A DNA stretch of 64,000 nt from assembly GCA_048882385.1 (NCBI GenBank), contig JBHLRQ010000004.1:13470-77469 (forward strand), read 5' to 3'. Position numbers and translations under genes: made by a program. The notes under the pieces were generated by a model that did not search any database, was not told the origin of the DNA, and was given only the letters and a program-made list of their open reading frames with translations. The stretch is from Candidatus Thorarchaeota archaeon (GTDB lineage Archaea; Asgardarchaeota; Thorarchaeia; Thorarchaeales; Thorarchaeaceae). Positions 53,247-62,687 of the stretch are shown in pieces (the first letter of the stretch is position 1; every line of letters starts with the position of its first letter).

Positions 53247-54686
53247 TCATACTAGTCTGTAGTGACCTGGACGTGGTTCATAGAGGACTCCACTGTCCTT
53301 CATACGAGTCAGGGTCTCTGCAGCTACATGACGTTCTACGCTAGCTTCCTGTGCTATCTCATCGAGAGTTGGTCCAAGGGACCCGCGTTTTCCGCCATCC
53401 AATTTTCTGATTGCTTTCAAGACCTTGGTGTTGAATCTGTCAAATCGGCTTCCCTTTCCCCAGTCTCCCTCAAAACCCTCTTTCAATTCAGTAAGCTCAA
53501 TGAACTCCTTTAGGGCAGGTTCAAGAATCCGGTTCCAAGCAGTCTTCAGATCCTTTGCTGTTATCTTATCTTTCCAATATGCCCGAGCTGTAGACCTGGC
53601 CAATCTTAGAGTACTCAAAGGTCTTCCAAGAGAGTCAGCATCTAATAGATTTCCACGTGCTAAAGACCCCTCACCCAGACCAAAACTCTCCTGTAATGAT
53701 TCTAGACGTGAGAGCACATGTTCGGTTGCAGCATCGATACTCTTCTTTGAAACCTCTGGAGTGAGGAGTTGAAATGTAATGGCAGATTTTAGGATTGGTA
53801 GTCTCAGCTCGGAGGGATTACCAGTTTCTACCCAGAAGTCTTCAGTAGCAAGTGCGATTGGGACATCAGGAAGTGATGCCGTTTGTCCTTCTGTGAGCGT
53901 TCCTAATGAAACCTCCCTGAATCCAGCGGGGTCTCTACGTTTGATACAGAGTTGCTCGATTCTCTTTTTCGAGTAGGACCCTATATCGAATCGGAGAAGT
54001 TTAGGAGATTTGACTTGAATGCCCCTAATGTTTCTGTATGCAGAAGGTCTTCCTCTCATAGCTGGAGGTAATACATTCCTGATGAACGAAAGTAGCCGTT
54101 TTACATTGGTTTTTGATGCTATTGCCTGAATTCCGGTTGTCAGACCACCAACACTTTCCTCGTAAGGTGGACTAGAAACAAAAAGACGTGCGAAGACTCT
54201 CTTACTTGCTTCTGCCATTCCTACATGCTCAAAAAGAAGATCAGAGATGTCTTTGAGTGTTGTAGGAGGCCGTATGTGAGAAAGAAAATCAACGGGTAGC
54301 GCTTCATAAGACTCAGCTGTGAAGGCACGTGTAGTAATCTGAGAGCGTAGCGGTTGTGGCGCAGCAATTCTACTCCCTGTTACTTCTATATATGCACCGT
54401 CAGGGGGAATCTGTTGGTCTTCCTCAAAGAAAATGAACTCTCCTTCTAGCAACCACTGACTTGGGGTAAGAAGAACCATCGATTTGTCACGAGTGTGATG
54501 CACAAATCCTCGATATCGATAGAGGCGCCTTGATACACGCTCACTAAAGTCCATTAGTAGTTTCGATTCCCATTCAGCAAGTTCAGTTCCGTATTGTCGA
54601 CTGTATAAATCACTAACACTGACCGCATCAGCAAGCCGATCTTGGTCAGATTTAAGACGTTCATACATTTCTTCGAATATACCCAT
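53247..54686 (-). CDS. unknown 479-aa protein with C-terminal winged-helix, directly abutting the upstream methyltransferase (TAG-ATG, no spacer)
   Basis: ATG 54686 directly follows the methylase TAG (54687-89). C-terminal GPTLDEIAQEASVERHVAAETLTRMKDSGVLYEPRPGHYRLV looks like a wHTH. No P-loop and no recognised catalytic motif. Confidence 0.6.
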   Translation of the reverse strand: MGIFEEMYERLKSDQDRLADAVSVSDLYSRQYGTELAEWESKLLMDFSERVSRRLYRYRGFVHHTRDKSMVLLTPSQWLLEGEFIFFEEDQQIPPDGAYIEVTGSRIAAPQPLRSQITTRAFTAESYEALPVDFLSHIRPPTTLKDISDLLFEHVGMAEASKRVFARLFVSSPPYEESVGGLTTGIQAIASKTNVKRLLSFIRNVLPPAMRGRPSAYRNIRGIQVKSPKLLRFDIGSYSKKRIEQLCIKRRDPAGFREVSLGTLTEGQTASLPDVPIALATEDFWVETGNPSELRLPILKSAITFQLLTPEVSKKSIDAATEHVLSRLESLQESFGLGEGSLARGNLLDADSLGRPLSTLRLARSTARAYWKDKITAKDLKTAWNRILEPALKEFIELTELKEGFEGDWGKGSRFDRFNTKVLKAIRKLDGGKRGSLGPTLDEIAQEASVERHVAAETLTRMKDSGVLYEPRPGHYRLV

Positions 54687-55661
54687 CTATCCTTTCTCCT
54701 CCCTACGAATGTACTCACGGTAGGCATGCGGATATAGCTTTGAAAGCTCTTCAATAGATGGAAGACGATTACTATAGGGTTGGTATGTTTGGCCAGGTTG
54801 CACAGATTGAATCTCTTTATCTAGTAGCCTTTTCAACTGTTTATTGATTTCAAAACCAATGAAATGTCTGAAGTTAGATTTTGCAGCAATGGCCGTGGTT
54901 CCATTGCCCATGAAGGGATCCAATACAATATCACCGGGTTTTGAGGAGAAATCCACACATTTAGAAACTACTTCAAGAGGAAGTTTGGTTGCATTTTTTG
55001 CCAAACCTGTGCGATATTGTCGTTTTACAACCCAAACATCTTCAGGATAGTTCTCTATCTTATTGAAGAAGTATTTCTTTGGATTCTTGACAAAAAGGAT
55101 GACATGATAGTGACTTGAAACAAAACGTTTCTTTGTGTAGACTCCAAACGGGTAATGCCATATCAAGTGATTCAGAGTGACTAGTCCGGCTTCTCGTGCT
55201 CCAGTCAAGATTGATTCGAGATTGTTCCAACCGCTAAATACGTATGCTGAAGATGTCTGTTTCATCATTCTAGGCAGTTCAGCCAACCAACTTCTAGTGA
55301 ACTGACGATATTCGGTAGCCTCCTCATAGCCCTCTACAACCAGACTCTCATCACGATTATACACACTACTCTTTCCGTTAAAGGAAATCCCAAAGGGGGG
55401 ATCTGCAATTATTAGATCAATGGAAGCATTTGGAATTACCTTCATTCCTTTTACACAGTCTTCGAATATTATAGTGTCCAAGTCAAACTCAGATGATGGC
55501 GATGTTGTTTTGAAATAGAGGTGTTCGGCCTTTTTTCTAGACCAGTCATATGTCGGTTTGAAGTAGAACTCAGCAAGATTAGGAACGTATCTTTTCGCTC
55601 GTCCTTTTCGAGATTTCTCCTTCGATTTTAATTCACTATCAGTGGTCATTTGTAATTTCAC
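54687..55661 (-). CDS. beta-class N6-adenine/N4-cytosine DNA methyltransferase
   Basis: Motif IV DLIIADPPFG precedes motif I LDPFMGNGTTAIAA (beta permutation, PF01555-like). GTG 55661 or ATG 55649 start. Confidence 0.85.
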   Translation of the reverse strand: MKLQMTTDSELKSKEKSRKGRAKRYVPNLAEFYFKPTYDWSRKKAEHLYFKTTSPSSEFDLDTIIFEDCVKGMKVIPNASIDLIIADPPFGISFNGKSSVYNRDESLVVEGYEEATEYRQFTRSWLAELPRMMKQTSSAYVFSGWNNLESILTGAREAGLVTLNHLIWHYPFGVYTKKRFVSSHYHVILFVKNPKKYFFNKIENYPEDVWVVKRQYRTGLAKNATKLPLEVVSKCVDFSSKPGDIVLDPFMGNGTTAIAAKSNFRHFIGFEINKQLKRLLDKEIQSVQPGQTYQPYSNRLPSIEELSKLYPHAYREYIRREEKG

Positions 55662-55721
55662 AATGATGTTCTAGTCGGTTCTTCTTAAGACTAGTCATTC
55701 TTTGGTGTTTCCGAATTCAAC

Positions 55722-56810
55722 TTACATTATATCTGAGGGGTCAACGCCTCTAGACATCGCCCGTTTTGTCATCCAATCTAGTTGATTGGCTGGCTGATCG
55801 GGTTTGCCAGGAGTTTCATCACGAACCAACTCAAGTGCACCTTCTGGACAAACAATGGCACAGACTCCGCATCCAATGCATCGATTTACGTCAACAACAC
55901 ACACATCTTCAGGAACACTAAGTGCGTCAAACTGGCATCGATCAACGCATGACTCACATCCAGTGCACAGCTCAGCATCCACAGTCATTATGAAGTCGGT
56001 CTTGATGTATTCGCGAGGGGTTTCTAGTTTCTCAACACCTCTAAGGACTCCACAGCAGCAGGTGCAGCAGTTGCAAATGAAAGTCCGTCCAGATTGGACA
56101 TTGTACGTACAATGAACAAGACCAGCTTCTTCCGCTTCTCGAAGTAGTCGGAGTGATTCCTCTTTTGTAATCGACTTTGTAAGTTCTTCATCATCGAATG
56201 CATTCTCTTTATTCGGAGCAAATGCGAGACAGACAGACCTGGGATAATCACAGCCCTCACCTATCAAATCCTTCTGTTTCCTACAAATGCACTCGCGAAC
56301 TCCCCATGAGGCAGAAGACTCAATCAATTCTTCTGCTTTCTCGAGACTATGAATCTCAAGCTCTGTGCTCACGCTCTGATTGACTGGAATGACCTGAAAA
56401 ATAACCGGTCTAGTAGCTACAATCTTTCTGAATCCATTATCATTTTCAAAATACTGCTCGAGAATTTGAGCAAACTCCTCATCCATCCGATTCAGTTGCT
56501 CCTCATAGATGCCTACAGCGAATGGCAACAGACCGTATTTTCTAGCACCTGCACTCTTTGACATCCAAGAGTTAATCTGACCCTTTTCGTGCATCAAGTC
56601 AAGACGTTCTTCAAGTTCTTCCTTTGGACTATTTAGCCGTGTACTTATCTCATCCACAGTTTCACCACTAAGTTTTAGCTGACTGGCGAGCTCAGCTTCT
56701 TCTGGTGTGAAGATCCACTCGAGTACTCTTAGATGTGAACCATCATCAGTTGGCGGAAATCCATTCGGAATCGTGTCAAGGACAGCAGCTAGTTTTTCAT
56801 AAGGATTCAT
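55722..56810 (-). CDS. Fe-S protein with C-terminal 2x[4Fe-4S] ferredoxin domain
   Basis: CTGCESCVDRCQF and CIGCGVCAIVCPEG motifs plus an upstream Cys cluster ICNCCTCCCG. Start set at ATG 56810. Confidence 0.65.
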   Translation of the reverse strand: MNPYEKLAAVLDTIPNGFPPTDDGSHLRVLEWIFTPEEAELASQLKLSGETVDEISTRLNSPKEELEERLDLMHEKGQINSWMSKSAGARKYGLLPFAVGIYEEQLNRMDEEFAQILEQYFENDNGFRKIVATRPVIFQVIPVNQSVSTELEIHSLEKAEELIESSASWGVRECICRKQKDLIGEGCDYPRSVCLAFAPNKENAFDDEELTKSITKEESLRLLREAEEAGLVHCTYNVQSGRTFICNCCTCCCGVLRGVEKLETPREYIKTDFIMTVDAELCTGCESCVDRCQFDALSVPEDVCVVDVNRCIGCGVCAIVCPEGALELVRDETPGKPDQPANQLDWMTKRAMSRGVDPSDIM

Positions 56811-56859
56811 GGCAATCACAACTCCGTTCTCATTTACACAGCTGCAGATAATCCTTCTG

Positions 56860-58194
56860 TTATTCTGGACATTGAAGTTTGATTCCAAGTGGACTAAGTT
56901 CTTCATTGACTTTTTCAACAATATCGGAACATTCGAGTCCCTTTCCAATTAAAATGTGAGCAAGGGATTGTTGAAATGGTGGAAGAAATGGAATTGAACT
57001 AGCTTCGAGAATGGATTTGTAAACCTCTTTTACTTTCGGAACTTTCAGACAATTCTCAAGCTCCGTAAGACTGGTTTTAGTTTCAAGAAGCATCTGACTG
57101 ATCTTCTTGAGAAATGCAGTCTTTGGTACATTTACTGATGCACCAAAGAGTTTCTCTACGTTCTCTTGGAACCAATCATGCATTTTATCAACATCATATA
57201 CTGGAAGAACGATTGGCGATTCACCATCAACATCTGGAGCAATAATTCTAATCATTCCACGTTTCTCAGCAGAGAGTACAAAGTCAGAGAATCTTCGGTA
57301 TCCTAACTTTTCAGTTTCCAGACCCAATTCTCGGATTTTCAAACCAATGTCTCTAAGTGAATAAGGTGTTCCTTCATTGAGAGCATCTTCTGCCACTTTA
57401 GCCAAAAATGCGAAAGCTTCGTTGACCTCATTTGAAACCTTGACTGATTGGGGCGGCAGCTTGTCAGGAAGTGTCAAAATGGTGGCTGGAAGCTCACCCT
57501 CTAACTGAATGTATCTTTGCGCTTCTGACCATTCTAAGAAATCATTCCAATGAGTAAAACCCATCTCTTTCTCATCAAATTCAGGATTCAGTGACTTCAT
57601 AACATGTTTTGCATGACCAACACCAGGTTTGCTACCAGTTTTTGCTATAATCCTAATTACTTCTTGAAGCTGAACCGCAGCAAGATGTCTTAGTTGTACA
57701 ATACTCTGTACAGACTCTTCACAGTCTTCTGGACGCACGCAGTCTAAAGCTGGTCTGAATGAGAAAATATCACTATAAATGGTGGCCAGATCAGGTAGTT
57801 CTGATGCAGTTATAATTGGGTTGCTGATGAGCCATAACTCAACACCATGTTCCTTTAGAGCTCCAGCAATCAATTTGAAATCGCCGTCACCGGTAATCAA
57901 TACGTAGCGAGTAGTTTCGGGATAGTGGACTAAATGATCTAGAATATATGCAGCCATCTTGTAATCACAAGCATTATCTTTCACATCAGGTACGTGAATA
58001 AGATCGTAGCCCAGTGAGTAAAGTTCCTCAGCCATCCGTCTTCGCGAATCCCAATCCGCAAAGGCATACGCCTTGATGAGTGTCCCAGATTGTCGAATCC
58101 GTTGGGTCATCACTCTATGGGTTGCAGATTCATCGGCAACATTCTCGACATCCCAGAAGATGGTCATGTGTGGTGAGGTTTCTGCGGAAGCCAT
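56860..58194 (-). CDS. NYN (LabA-like) nuclease-domain protein with two OST-HTH/LOTUS domains
   Basis: The N-terminus IFWDVENV...YVLITGDGDFKLIAGALKEHG is an NYN domain. Two repeats end in ...GFTHWNDFLEW... and ...LGYRRFSDFVLSAEKRGMIRI, the OST-HTH pattern. Confidence 0.7.
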   Translation of the reverse strand: MASAETSPHMTIFWDVENVADESATHRVMTQRIRQSGTLIKAYAFADWDSRRRMAEELYSLGYDLIHVPDVKDNACDYKMAAYILDHLVHYPETTRYVLITGDGDFKLIAGALKEHGVELWLISNPIITASELPDLATIYSDIFSFRPALDCVRPEDCEESVQSIVQLRHLAAVQLQEVIRIIAKTGSKPGVGHAKHVMKSLNPEFDEKEMGFTHWNDFLEWSEAQRYIQLEGELPATILTLPDKLPPQSVKVSNEVNEAFAFLAKVAEDALNEGTPYSLRDIGLKIRELGLETEKLGYRRFSDFVLSAEKRGMIRIIAPDVDGESPIVLPVYDVDKMHDWFQENVEKLFGASVNVPKTAFLKKISQMLLETKTSLTELENCLKVPKVKEVYKSILEASSIPFLPPFQQSLAHILIGKGLECSDIVEKVNEELSPLGIKLQCPE

Positions 58195-58368
58195 TGTGAT
58201 TAACTCTCCAATTCATACCACATTTGAAATTGGTACTATATGAGCTTGCTGACATTGAAATAAGCAAGAGACCGCCACAAGTTATCAAATACATAGGAAA
58301 GTCTATTTACTGTGTTCAAGGTGAGCGAGAAGAAACTCTATGAGAAATATGACTAGGTGAAGGCCAAA

Positions 58369-59781
58369 ATGGCACCTCAGAGAATTGATTCAAGTCGCCC
58401 CGATATTCCTAGAATGACCAAAAAACACTATCGAGAACTCCTTGCATCATTACCGGAAGGCGTGGGAATCACCGACCTAGATGAGAATCTAATCTTTGTC
58501 AATGATGCTTTTGCTAAGATGCTTGATTATGACCTTGATGAGCTAAGAGGACAGAATGTGAATGATCTAATACCTGAATCTGAGAAGGAGAAACTTCAGC
58601 AGGCTACAGCTAGTAGGTTAGAGGGTACATCTTCGGCATACGAACTCAAAATGATTCGTAAAGATGGGAAACAGATTGTTGTGAGAGTATCTGCTGTTCC
58701 AAGAAAAGATGAAAATGATGATGTGATTGGAACAATAGCAATGGTCATTGATATAACCAAGGATAGCTTGGTTGAGCAAGAATTACGCAAACTCTCTAGA
58801 GCTGTGGAGCAGAGTCCAACTTCAGTTGTAATTACTGATGCTGAAGCACGTATCGAATATGTCAATCCTAGATTTTCTGTTCTAACAGGATACTCGATTT
58901 CTGAGGTAATAGGAGAGAATCCAAGAGTGTTGAAATCAGGACTAACTCCAGATGACACTTACACTGAGCTATGGAGTAATCTTTTGGAAGGTAAAGCATG
59001 GAGAGGGTTATTCGTAAACAAAAAGAAAACAGGAGAACTTTATTGGGAAGATGCTTGGATTTCTCCGATTTTCAACTCAGAAGGTCACATAACTCACTAT
59101 GTTGCTGTCAAGGAAGATATCACACAAAGAATAGAGGCAGAGCAGAGAGCTACACAATCACGGAGGGATTTGGAACTCTACGCATCATTTTTGCAGCATG
59201 ATATCAGAAACGATCTCCAAATCATCATGAATCATATAGAAGCCGCCTTGCTTCTTGTAACGGATAACAATGCTGTCAAAGAGTATCTGACCACTGCAGA
59301 GGCCACCTCAGAAAGAATCGTTCATCTGCTTGACGTATTTGGTAGACCTGGAGCTGCCGATGAAAGAGACCTCTTGAAGTTGTTGAAGAAAGTTAAATCT
59401 CAAGCAGAGAAAGCTCATCCAAATTTGGCTGTTGAAATAAATACAGATACTCAAGATACCGAGCTAAGGAGTGCTCGATTGATACCTATTGTCTTTGACA
59501 ACTTGTTACGTAATTCAGTTGAATACTCTGAGGGCAATGTAAAAGTGACAATTCAGATATCACGAAACGGGGATAGAATTCAGATTGATCATAGTGATGA
59601 TGGACCTGGAATAGATGCAGATATTCGTGAAGGACTCTTCCAGAAGGGGACATCAACAACAGGAGGAGGATTTGGATTATACCTGAGTAAAAAAGTAATT
59701 GAGGGCTATGGAGGGTCAATAGAATTTATTGACACTAAAGAGACCGGCACAACTTTCCGAATCATATTACCTGCTGCATAG
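58369..59781 (+). CDS. PAS-domain sensor histidine kinase
   Basis: Two PAS domains (ITDLDENLIFVNDAF..., ITDAEARIEYVNPRF...), H-box region LQHDIRNDL, and HATPase motifs DDGPGID and GGFGLYL. ATG 58369 is preceded by AGGTGA. Confidence 0.8.
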   Translation: MAPQRIDSSRPDIPRMTKKHYRELLASLPEGVGITDLDENLIFVNDAFAKMLDYDLDELRGQNVNDLIPESEKEKLQQATASRLEGTSSAYELKMIRKDGKQIVVRVSAVPRKDENDDVIGTIAMVIDITKDSLVEQELRKLSRAVEQSPTSVVITDAEARIEYVNPRFSVLTGYSISEVIGENPRVLKSGLTPDDTYTELWSNLLEGKAWRGLFVNKKKTGELYWEDAWISPIFNSEGHITHYVAVKEDITQRIEAEQRATQSRRDLELYASFLQHDIRNDLQIIMNHIEAALLLVTDNNAVKEYLTTAEATSERIVHLLDVFGRPGAADERDLLKLLKKVKSQAEKAHPNLAVEINTDTQDTELRSARLIPIVFDNLLRNSVEYSEGNVKVTIQISRNGDRIQIDHSDDGPGIDADIREGLFQKGTSTTGGGFGLYLSKKVIEGYGGSIEFIDTKETGTTFRIILPAA

Positions 59782-59813
59782 ATTTCTGATTTACTTGGAC
59801 TATTATTATACAC

Positions 59814-61322
59814 ATGCGTTACAACCTACATTTAAGAGATGTAGAAAATACCGAACTATTCACGTGGAGGCAAGATACTTTGAAAGAAGAAGTCTGGAAT
59901 TGGATCACCGAGAATGAAAAGATGATTATCGAAGCGAGCGATAAAATATGGAATTTTGCAGAGCTCGGACTCGTGGAGGTGAAATCAGCAAGATTACTTT
60001 CTGAGATTCTAGAGAATTATGGGTTTGATGTTGAGAAGGGAGTGGCGGATATGCCGACTGCATTTGTAGCAACCTATGGTGAAGGGGCTCCAACTATCGG
60101 ATTTATGGGAGAATATGATGCTCTACCAAGTCTGTCACAAAAACCAGTCCCTCATAAGGAACCGCTTGTAGAAGGAGCACCCGGACATGGGTGTGGTCAT
60201 AATATTCATGGTGTCACGGGTGTGATGGGTGCAATTGCCACAAAAACAGTGATGGAAAAACATGGACTGGGGGGTACTATCAAATTCTTTGGAACCCCTG
60301 CAGAAGAAACGTATAGTGGAAAAGTGTTCATGGTAAGAGCAGGATGTTTTGATGGTGTAGACGCTGTATTGAGCCATCACCCTAGCCACTTCAATGTTGC
60401 AGGATTAGGTAGCACTCTTGCCATGAATTCAGCGAAATTTCATTTCTATGGCACTACAGCTCATGCTGCAGCTACACCGTATGTAGCGAGAAGTGCACTT
60501 GATGCAGTAGAGTTGATGAATGTTGGTGTGAACTTTATGCGAGAACACATAGTTCAAGAAGCGCGAGTTCATTATGTAATTGAGGACGGAGGAAAGCAGC
60601 CTAATGTAGTGCCAGACTATGCTAGAAGTTGGTACTATATTAGAGCTCCAGAACGGGAGCAGGTGGATCAAATCTATGACTGGGTTCTGAAGATAGCAGA
60701 AGGTGCAGCTCTGATGACTCAGACAGAACTAAAAGTTGAGTTCATTGAAGGACTCTCTAATGAACTTCCGAGCAAGGGTCTCAGTGATCTTGTTACAGCA
60801 AATATGAGAGAGATTGGAGCTCCTGAGTATACAAAAGAAGAAATGCTGTTTGCTAAAGAGATGGCAAAATCTGTAACGAAGAAAACGAAGACTGAACAAC
60901 TTAGAGCGTCAAAAAGACCTGGGTGGGAACAACTTGTTGAGGAAGATGTTCATATCGATCGAGAAATCCATGACCCTTGGGATGAGGGAATAGTGTGGCC
61001 TGGATCGACTGATACAGGAGATGTGAGTTGGATTGCTCCAACAATGGAGTTTAGTACTGCAACAGCTACACTTGAAGCAGCGGGTCATGATTGGCAATGG
61101 ACAGCTTGTTGCGGACACAGTATAGGACACAAGTCGCTCATTTTTGCAGCTAAGGTGATAGCTGGTACTGCAGTTGAACTAGTATCAAATCCAGATTTGC
61201 TAAAGAAAATCAAGGACGAACATGCAAAGAAAATGACTGGTAAGAAATACAGATGCCCAATTCCAGCTGATGTTAATCCACCAATTGAGATTGCCAAAAA
61301 AGCTGCAGGTATTGAGGATTGA
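59814..61322 (+). CDS. M20D-family amidohydrolase (AbgB/aminoacylase-like)
   Basis: EYDALP, PGHGCGHN and FGTPAEE motifs. About 480-500 aa. Confidence 0.75.
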   Translation: MRYNLHLRDVENTELFTWRQDTLKEEVWNWITENEKMIIEASDKIWNFAELGLVEVKSARLLSEILENYGFDVEKGVADMPTAFVATYGEGAPTIGFMGEYDALPSLSQKPVPHKEPLVEGAPGHGCGHNIHGVTGVMGAIATKTVMEKHGLGGTIKFFGTPAEETYSGKVFMVRAGCFDGVDAVLSHHPSHFNVAGLGSTLAMNSAKFHFYGTTAHAAATPYVARSALDAVELMNVGVNFMREHIVQEARVHYVIEDGGKQPNVVPDYARSWYYIRAPEREQVDQIYDWVLKIAEGAALMTQTELKVEFIEGLSNELPSKGLSDLVTANMREIGAPEYTKEEMLFAKEMAKSVTKKTKTEQLRASKRPGWEQLVEEDVHIDREIHDPWDEGIVWPGSTDTGDVSWIAPTMEFSTATATLEAAGHDWQWTACCGHSIGHKSLIFAAKVIAGTAVELVSNPDLLKKIKDEHAKKMTGKKYRCPIPADVNPPIEIAKKAAGIED

Positions 61323-61509
61323 TTGGATTATACAAATCCGCATCTCATTGCAAATCAAGTATCTTCGAAGGATATTTGATGTACTGCTTTAGGATCTATC
61401 CTGATTTACGCCTGTCAAAATGACTCTATATACGCAGGTATTGCCCTACAACAAATCTATATCATTCAATTCATACTGTTAGATAGACGCTTGGTGAGGT
61501 TGACAAACT

Positions 61510-62664
61510 TTGAGAGAATGTGCCAAGTGCGGGCGACAAAATCAGCCAACACGAAAATACTGTACTCGCTGTGGAGCCTCGCTTCTAAGGGTTGAAGATG
61601 AGCAACCACAGGCATCTGAAAAACAGGTAGTAACTAAAGCTCCAGCAGCTCCAGCAAAACCACAGCCAGAGGTAATTTCAGCTGCGGAAGAGCCTCTTGT
61701 TAGACCAAGTAAGGTTGCGACGGATAGGGTAAGACCACCAGAACGTCATGTTGAGAAGACCGAACTAGAAAAGGCTAGAGAAGCTTTTGCTCGAGCAGAG
61801 GATGTCGGCATCGAGGAGGCAACTGGTGAAGGGATTGTCGAAACAAGGATGCTCAGAGCTAGTGAAGTTCGAGAACTTATGGACAGTGCGGCTGGGTGGG
61901 CTGAAACTGCACCACCTCAACCTACTGCAACACCTGATGGTCCTGAAACACCAGCAGCACCTTCAATGCCTACACCAAAGGACATTGAGCGAGGTATTCT
62001 TGGATCAAAGTCAGAATATGTAGAAAAGCCAGACCCAATTCCTGAACCCACACCACCACAACCAAGCGTAGGACCAGTTTCGTCACCTCCAGGAGCTCCA
62101 AGCGCACCAACAACAATACCTAAACCACAGACAACAATTCCACCTCAACCAAGTATCAAACCCGCACCAAAAACTCCTTCTCCGCCTGCGGCCCCAAAAA
62201 CTTCACCAGCAGCTGTTGCTACTCAAGATGTGACTGCTGAGATGTGGGAGTATGAAGCAAAGGTTCCAGACAAAGTCTATCTTGAGGATGTCACTATCAA
62301 GGGAACCCTTTCAGACTTGAAGCATCTACTCATCGAAATGAAACAAGTCCAGACTGACTTGAGCTCTTGTAAAGCACGTCAGGATGAAGCAGTACTACAG
62401 TATAGAAATACTGCTGAGGTGAAGAGAATCAATTTTGAAAGCCTTCAAGAACAGTCAAAGCATGCAAAACAGGAATGGAATGACGCAGAGAAGGAGTATC
62501 AACGAGCTGAAGATAGAAGAAAGAAAGAGATCTCCAGTATAGAAAAGCGATTGAGTAAGATTGAGAAACAGATCAATAAAGCGGAGTCGACCATGACAAA
62601 GCGTGTCAAAGATTTAGACAAGGAGAAAGAGAAACGCGCTCAAGAGCAGGCAAAAAGCACATAG
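61510..62664 (+). CDS. hypothetical zinc-ribbon / Pro-rich / coiled-coil protein
   Basis: TTG start after GGTGAGG. CAKCGRQNQPTRKYCTRCG ribbon, a long P/A/T-rich linker, and a C-terminal charged coiled coil. Confidence 0.5.
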   Translation: MRECAKCGRQNQPTRKYCTRCGASLLRVEDEQPQASEKQVVTKAPAAPAKPQPEVISAAEEPLVRPSKVATDRVRPPERHVEKTELEKAREAFARAEDVGIEEATGEGIVETRMLRASEVRELMDSAAGWAETAPPQPTATPDGPETPAAPSMPTPKDIERGILGSKSEYVEKPDPIPEPTPPQPSVGPVSSPPGAPSAPTTIPKPQTTIPPQPSIKPAPKTPSPPAAPKTSPAAVATQDVTAEMWEYEAKVPDKVYLEDVTIKGTLSDLKHLLIEMKQVQTDLSSCKARQDEAVLQYRNTAEVKRINFESLQEQSKHAKQEWNDAEKEYQRAEDRRKKEISSIEKRLSKIEKQINKAESTMTKRVKDLDKEKEKRAQEQAKST

Positions 62665-62687
62665 CCTCCTACAATTGGTCATAACAT

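Noticed and set aside
53247-54686. Calling the 479-aa protein a degenerate MCM/AAA+ or a second methyltransferase
   Set aside because: The SRFD, lid-like and SPPY segments are isolated and in the wrong order. There is no Walker A/B and no AdoMet-binding motif. The resemblance is noted but is not sufficient for an annotation.
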